A DNA stretch of 52,325 bases, filler included, from Catajapyx aquilonaris (lineage: Eukaryota): assembly GCA_000934665.2 (NCBI GenBank). It is 3 parts of 3 records of this genome, joined end to end, with 100 filler letters (N's around TTAATTAATTAA, not from the genome) between each part and the next. Parts side by side here need not be neighbours in the genome. Positions count along the whole stretch, not along the records: positions 35,000 to 52,325 come from JYFJ02006976.1; 2 more parts are not named here. One strand, written 5' to 3'. Shown here one piece after another: positions 48,641 through 52,325 of this stretch. Every line of letters begins with the position of its first letter. The first letter of the stretch is position 1. The translations under genes and the position numbers were made by a program. Under the pieces are notes generated by a model that was not told the origin of the DNA, made no database searches, and saw only the letters and a list, made by a program, of their open reading frames with translations.

Positions 48641-51110
48641 GGGGAGGCAACGACACTTTATTTCTTACACTGTACAAAAATAGCAATAAAGATGTTCACA
48701 ATAATATAGCTGTTCTTCTGACTGCTGCTCTTTTCCAGGATCTTCAAAACTTGTGTGTTAGGCTGTTTCCTCCTCGTATACTTATACTTCCCAGGGTGAT
48801 TGACATAATCTAGAAAAAAGGAAATATATAGAAAAGCACTGCATTTTTCGCCTGAATTTGACCTTGAAACACTTAGAATAATTTCAACCACAAGGCCAGC
48901 TAAAATAAATGACTTGCAGAGGATTAATCCAATACATCATACTGCAAATTTATTGAATCAACAACACACTTCGAATTAAATATTATTGGCACAAGCATTG
49001 TATTTTTAATGCCAATTAATCTGAGCAGTTTCAAACAATTTTGCAACAGTTATTTGACGCGAAAGGGTAGGTTATGCGCTCATAAAAATTAATGATTCCC
49101 ATATTTTATTAAACTAACATTAAACCATGGATGTGAGGCATACTACAGCTACAATAAATTTCCTCAGTATCCTCCCATCAAGTATAAGCCTCAATAATGA
49201 GAGATCCCATTGTAGTCCTAAAAATTACTGCCAAACAACTTGGGATAGCAGCAGCACAATGGCACAAGTATATGATGCTCACCATAGGTGTTGAGTTGCA
49301 AAACTCGAAGAACAACCAAGATGAGTTTGACTCATCTGATTGGAGACGTGGATTAGGATGAAAATCAGCTGTGCATCGAACCAAGTGGGATTTTCACATT
49401 GTGCCTCCAAAGACTGGTCCAAAGCATCCTCCGCGAAGTAGTGGATGTTGCATCACTCACATCTGCACTCCCCAAGGCAGATTCTCCATGCTGAAATAAG
49501 CTGTCCCAAAACTTATCTGGCTTGATTCCACAAGTTGATTTGGAGGCGGCCAAAGTGGTTGTTGGTTTCGCAGAATCAGGCAGGTGATGTCCAGAGACCA
49601 ATCAGATGCATCATCATTCTGCAAGGTGTAATGAGTACAGGTCATTGAGAGTGCGCATTGGCTCTTTGTGGCAATTATACTGTACTGTACGTACTTCGCC
49701 ATGCAGTGACTTTTGCACAGTTACATGTAATAGTTGCGGTTATCAAAAGAACCACTGGCAACTTCATCAGAAGCGTTAACTAACAATTAAAGTCTCATGA
49801 CTCAAAGAACTTGGAAAATAAACTTTGACAATTTTTGTTGCATAATGATTTGAGGGATGTGGTGGAAAAAGGCGATAACCCCCATTTTTGTCATTTTTAA
49901 CCTACATATTGCCAAATAGGCCGAGTATAGGGCGGAAAATGTCATGGCGCTGTTGCTGCACCAAGGATTAGCACATTGTCAAACAGCGAAGAAAAAATCA
50001 AAAAATTTTGACAAAATTTTGAAATTTTATTTTCTCTGTTCTCCGTTACGAAAATCAGGGTTTGTCACTGAACATTGAAAATTTTCAACTGTCAAATGCA
50101 TAAACCCAGAAAAAATTGGAAGCTGCAAAAAAATTTCGTCACAGCAACACTCGTAACATGTGTGAAATTTTAAAACACATTATTCACTAACACTGACAAT
50201 ATTAAGACAATCATGTGTGCAGTCATTATTGAAGGTTAACATGCAGGCTTACCACATTCTCATACCTTTATCGAAGGTCGTCAGCCCGACGGCATTCCTT
50301 GCTGTCCAGCAGGGTACCTTGCGACCAACTTCACTGCGTTGTTGATGTCTGTCTCACTGTCTGGTATCCACGATGGTGTGTGTGTCCCATCAGCATCCCA
50401 TAAACAATTCCTGGACAATAATTAGAGTGCATTAGGGACATGATTATCCTGCGCCCCAATTTGACTAGACACACTGGTACACATTAACTGTCCATTAACA
50501 GGCACCTTTTTAGTTAATTGTCCTTAATTAATATAAAAATTAATATTAGTCGTACTACATACCAGTACATCGAAGTGCTGCGGTATTGTCATGCACGTCG
50601 CAGCCTTCCAGGTGTCCGGGTTGAGAATGCTCGCCATTGGCCGATTCACCCACCCACCCCCTCCGGACAAAAGCTTCGGCCATCGGCCACTATCTCTGGC
50701 CCAATAGTGCCAACAGAAATGGGGGGTAAATTTAACTTGGGCAAACAGTAGATAAAATGTGGATCGTCGGAAAAAAGCACAAAAATATAATATATTAAGA
50801 TATCATATTCCTAAAATAATTAAAAACTTCTCCAAATGAGTGATAATTCTCTGTAAAAAATAAATAAATTTGGGGCCACGTTGCCATTGAAGGTGCAGTA
50901 ACCAAATAAGACTAGTATGATTATTCAAGGACTTCAATTACTGTATTTATAATTGACCCTTGATACAATGATAATGTGTCCATTATGGAACTTTTGGAAG
51001 TCCCAGCACATGGTCGGTGTAAAGTACATCTTCGCCACTTCAGGATTAGGTTAGCTTATATTGAACGTCGCAAATTCTCGAATCGGGTTCATTGTTGTGT
51101 AATGTGTAAA

Positions 51111-51809
51111 TCAAAACTTCTTCTGGCTCATAGTTGGACCAATGTTGAGGGAACGACCTGTTCTTTCCTTTAGTTTCAGCAAATCAGCCGTACGTTTTTC
51201 CTTCATGATATGCATTCTGTCCATATAATAGTGTCTGATTGGTTCTGGTTTTTTGAACAACAATGCTAAAGCCTTCTTTCGCTCCCTCTCTGGCAATCTC
51301 TCTTCGCTCAATAGTTTTTCAATATGTTTAAGATCCTCATCTACTGCCCTTTGTCTGAAGGTATTCAACATATCTTCATAGAAGTTGTTGATGGCCAAAG
51401 TTCTGGCACTTTTGTCTCCACGTCCTTCCAAGGATTTGTAATGAACCGCATTCTGGGAACGGCGATCACGTATGCACTTAGGAGTTTGTGCCCTGGGCAA
51501 AGGTGGTACCCAGGTTCCAAGGGATTCCTCACCTTGTATGTGTTTCACTTGGTGACGCATCACCTCAATCTCGCCGAGGACATACTGATGCTTGAAACAC
51601 TTGTTCACACACCCCATGTTATTTAGAAAGTTCACATTCCGCTGAATTTTATGATTCACTGTAACATAACATTAATATTTATTGTTAATTGTTATTAATA
51701 TGAAAGTTATTGAGTACTACTCACATCTTTCTAGCTCTCCTGTTTTTTGGAGAATTGGGACTTTTCGTTGAGGGCGACGCCTCGGCATGCAACGACCATG
51801 CACAATCAT
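51111..51809 (-). CDS. Putative about 210-aa basic uncharacterised protein (exons 51809-51725 and 51658-51111)
   Basis: The 182-aa ORF 51111-51659 is preceded by acceptor ttacag|TG. An upstream exon ttgtag|AGCAG...AAGAT|gtgagt joins in frame (MIVHGRCMPRRRPQRK...ELERLNHKIQRN...). No family recognised. Confidence 0.45.
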
Positions 51810-52094
51810 GTTGGATTCTGCCTTTAGCTGCTCTACAATGACATTGCAATGAACCAATTAACATGAATCATGAACACTAATTTGTTCGCAATAATCGAAC
51901 AAAATGTGCACTGCAAGATGGCAGCTGAATTTGTTTACATCGCCATCCCGTCAATAATTCGTTTCCATGTAACTTCAATAATGGGGAAGTAGCCTTCATT
52001 TTGGAAACTACATAATAAATTCGCCCACATTTTTTGGATTTTTTTGGCATATTCCGTTTCAAGATATCAGTTTCAGTTCCGGAGTAATTTGGGT

Positions 52095-52275
52095 TTTTAT
52101 GTAGGCTACTGGTGACGTCACTGTCAGCCTAGAAAATGTTGACGTCACGCGAAGTGAAATGAACGCAAAAATGGTGTTATAGAACGCGCCCCGTCATTGT
52201 CGTAAAATGCTTCGCTGTTGTTAGCAACACAAACGTCTGGCCAGAGGAACATGGCTCTTCTATCCGGCCAATCAC
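52095..52275 (-). promoter_or_regulatory. Possible promoter for the minus-strand gene
   Basis: Two CRE-like TGACGTCA palindromes (about 52113 and 52140), a CATAAAA TATA-like site on the minus strand (about 52100) and GCCAATCA (about 52267), all upstream of the predicted exons. Confidence 0.3.
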
Positions 52276-52325
52276 AGACGGGCGCTCCCCCGCGCCACAG
52301 GAGAAGTGTGGCATGCCCTTGTACT

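Overview
This is animal DNA, probably arthropod, not prokaryotic. It consists of three separate contigs of about 17.3-17.5 kb (1-17495, 17596-34899, 35000-52325) joined by artificial 100-bp spacers (44N-TTAATTAATTAA-44N). Contig 1 is almost entirely non-coding: one foldback MITE and a probable decayed R2-like non-LTR retrotransposon remnant. Contig 2 carries the 3' half of an ankyrin gene (Ank2-like: ZU5b-UPA-death domain, then a run of symmetric phase-1 tail exons including a 318-codon Q/V/P-rich repeat exon); its introns hold several MITE families. Contig 3 carries ten exons (TM3 to stop) of a serotonin transporter with unusual TM3 binding-site residues, a compact Ser-rich orphan gene, and two converging uncharacterised spliced units separated by a GC-rich multi-hairpin block. 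The best-supported novel-looking element is a 300-370 bp near-fully palindromic MITE family (4 copies, CAGGG...CCCTG ends, exact 7-bp TSDs, P/Galileo-type) whose central loop appears to have flipped between copies. All exon boundaries and translations were read by hand; no database searches were run.
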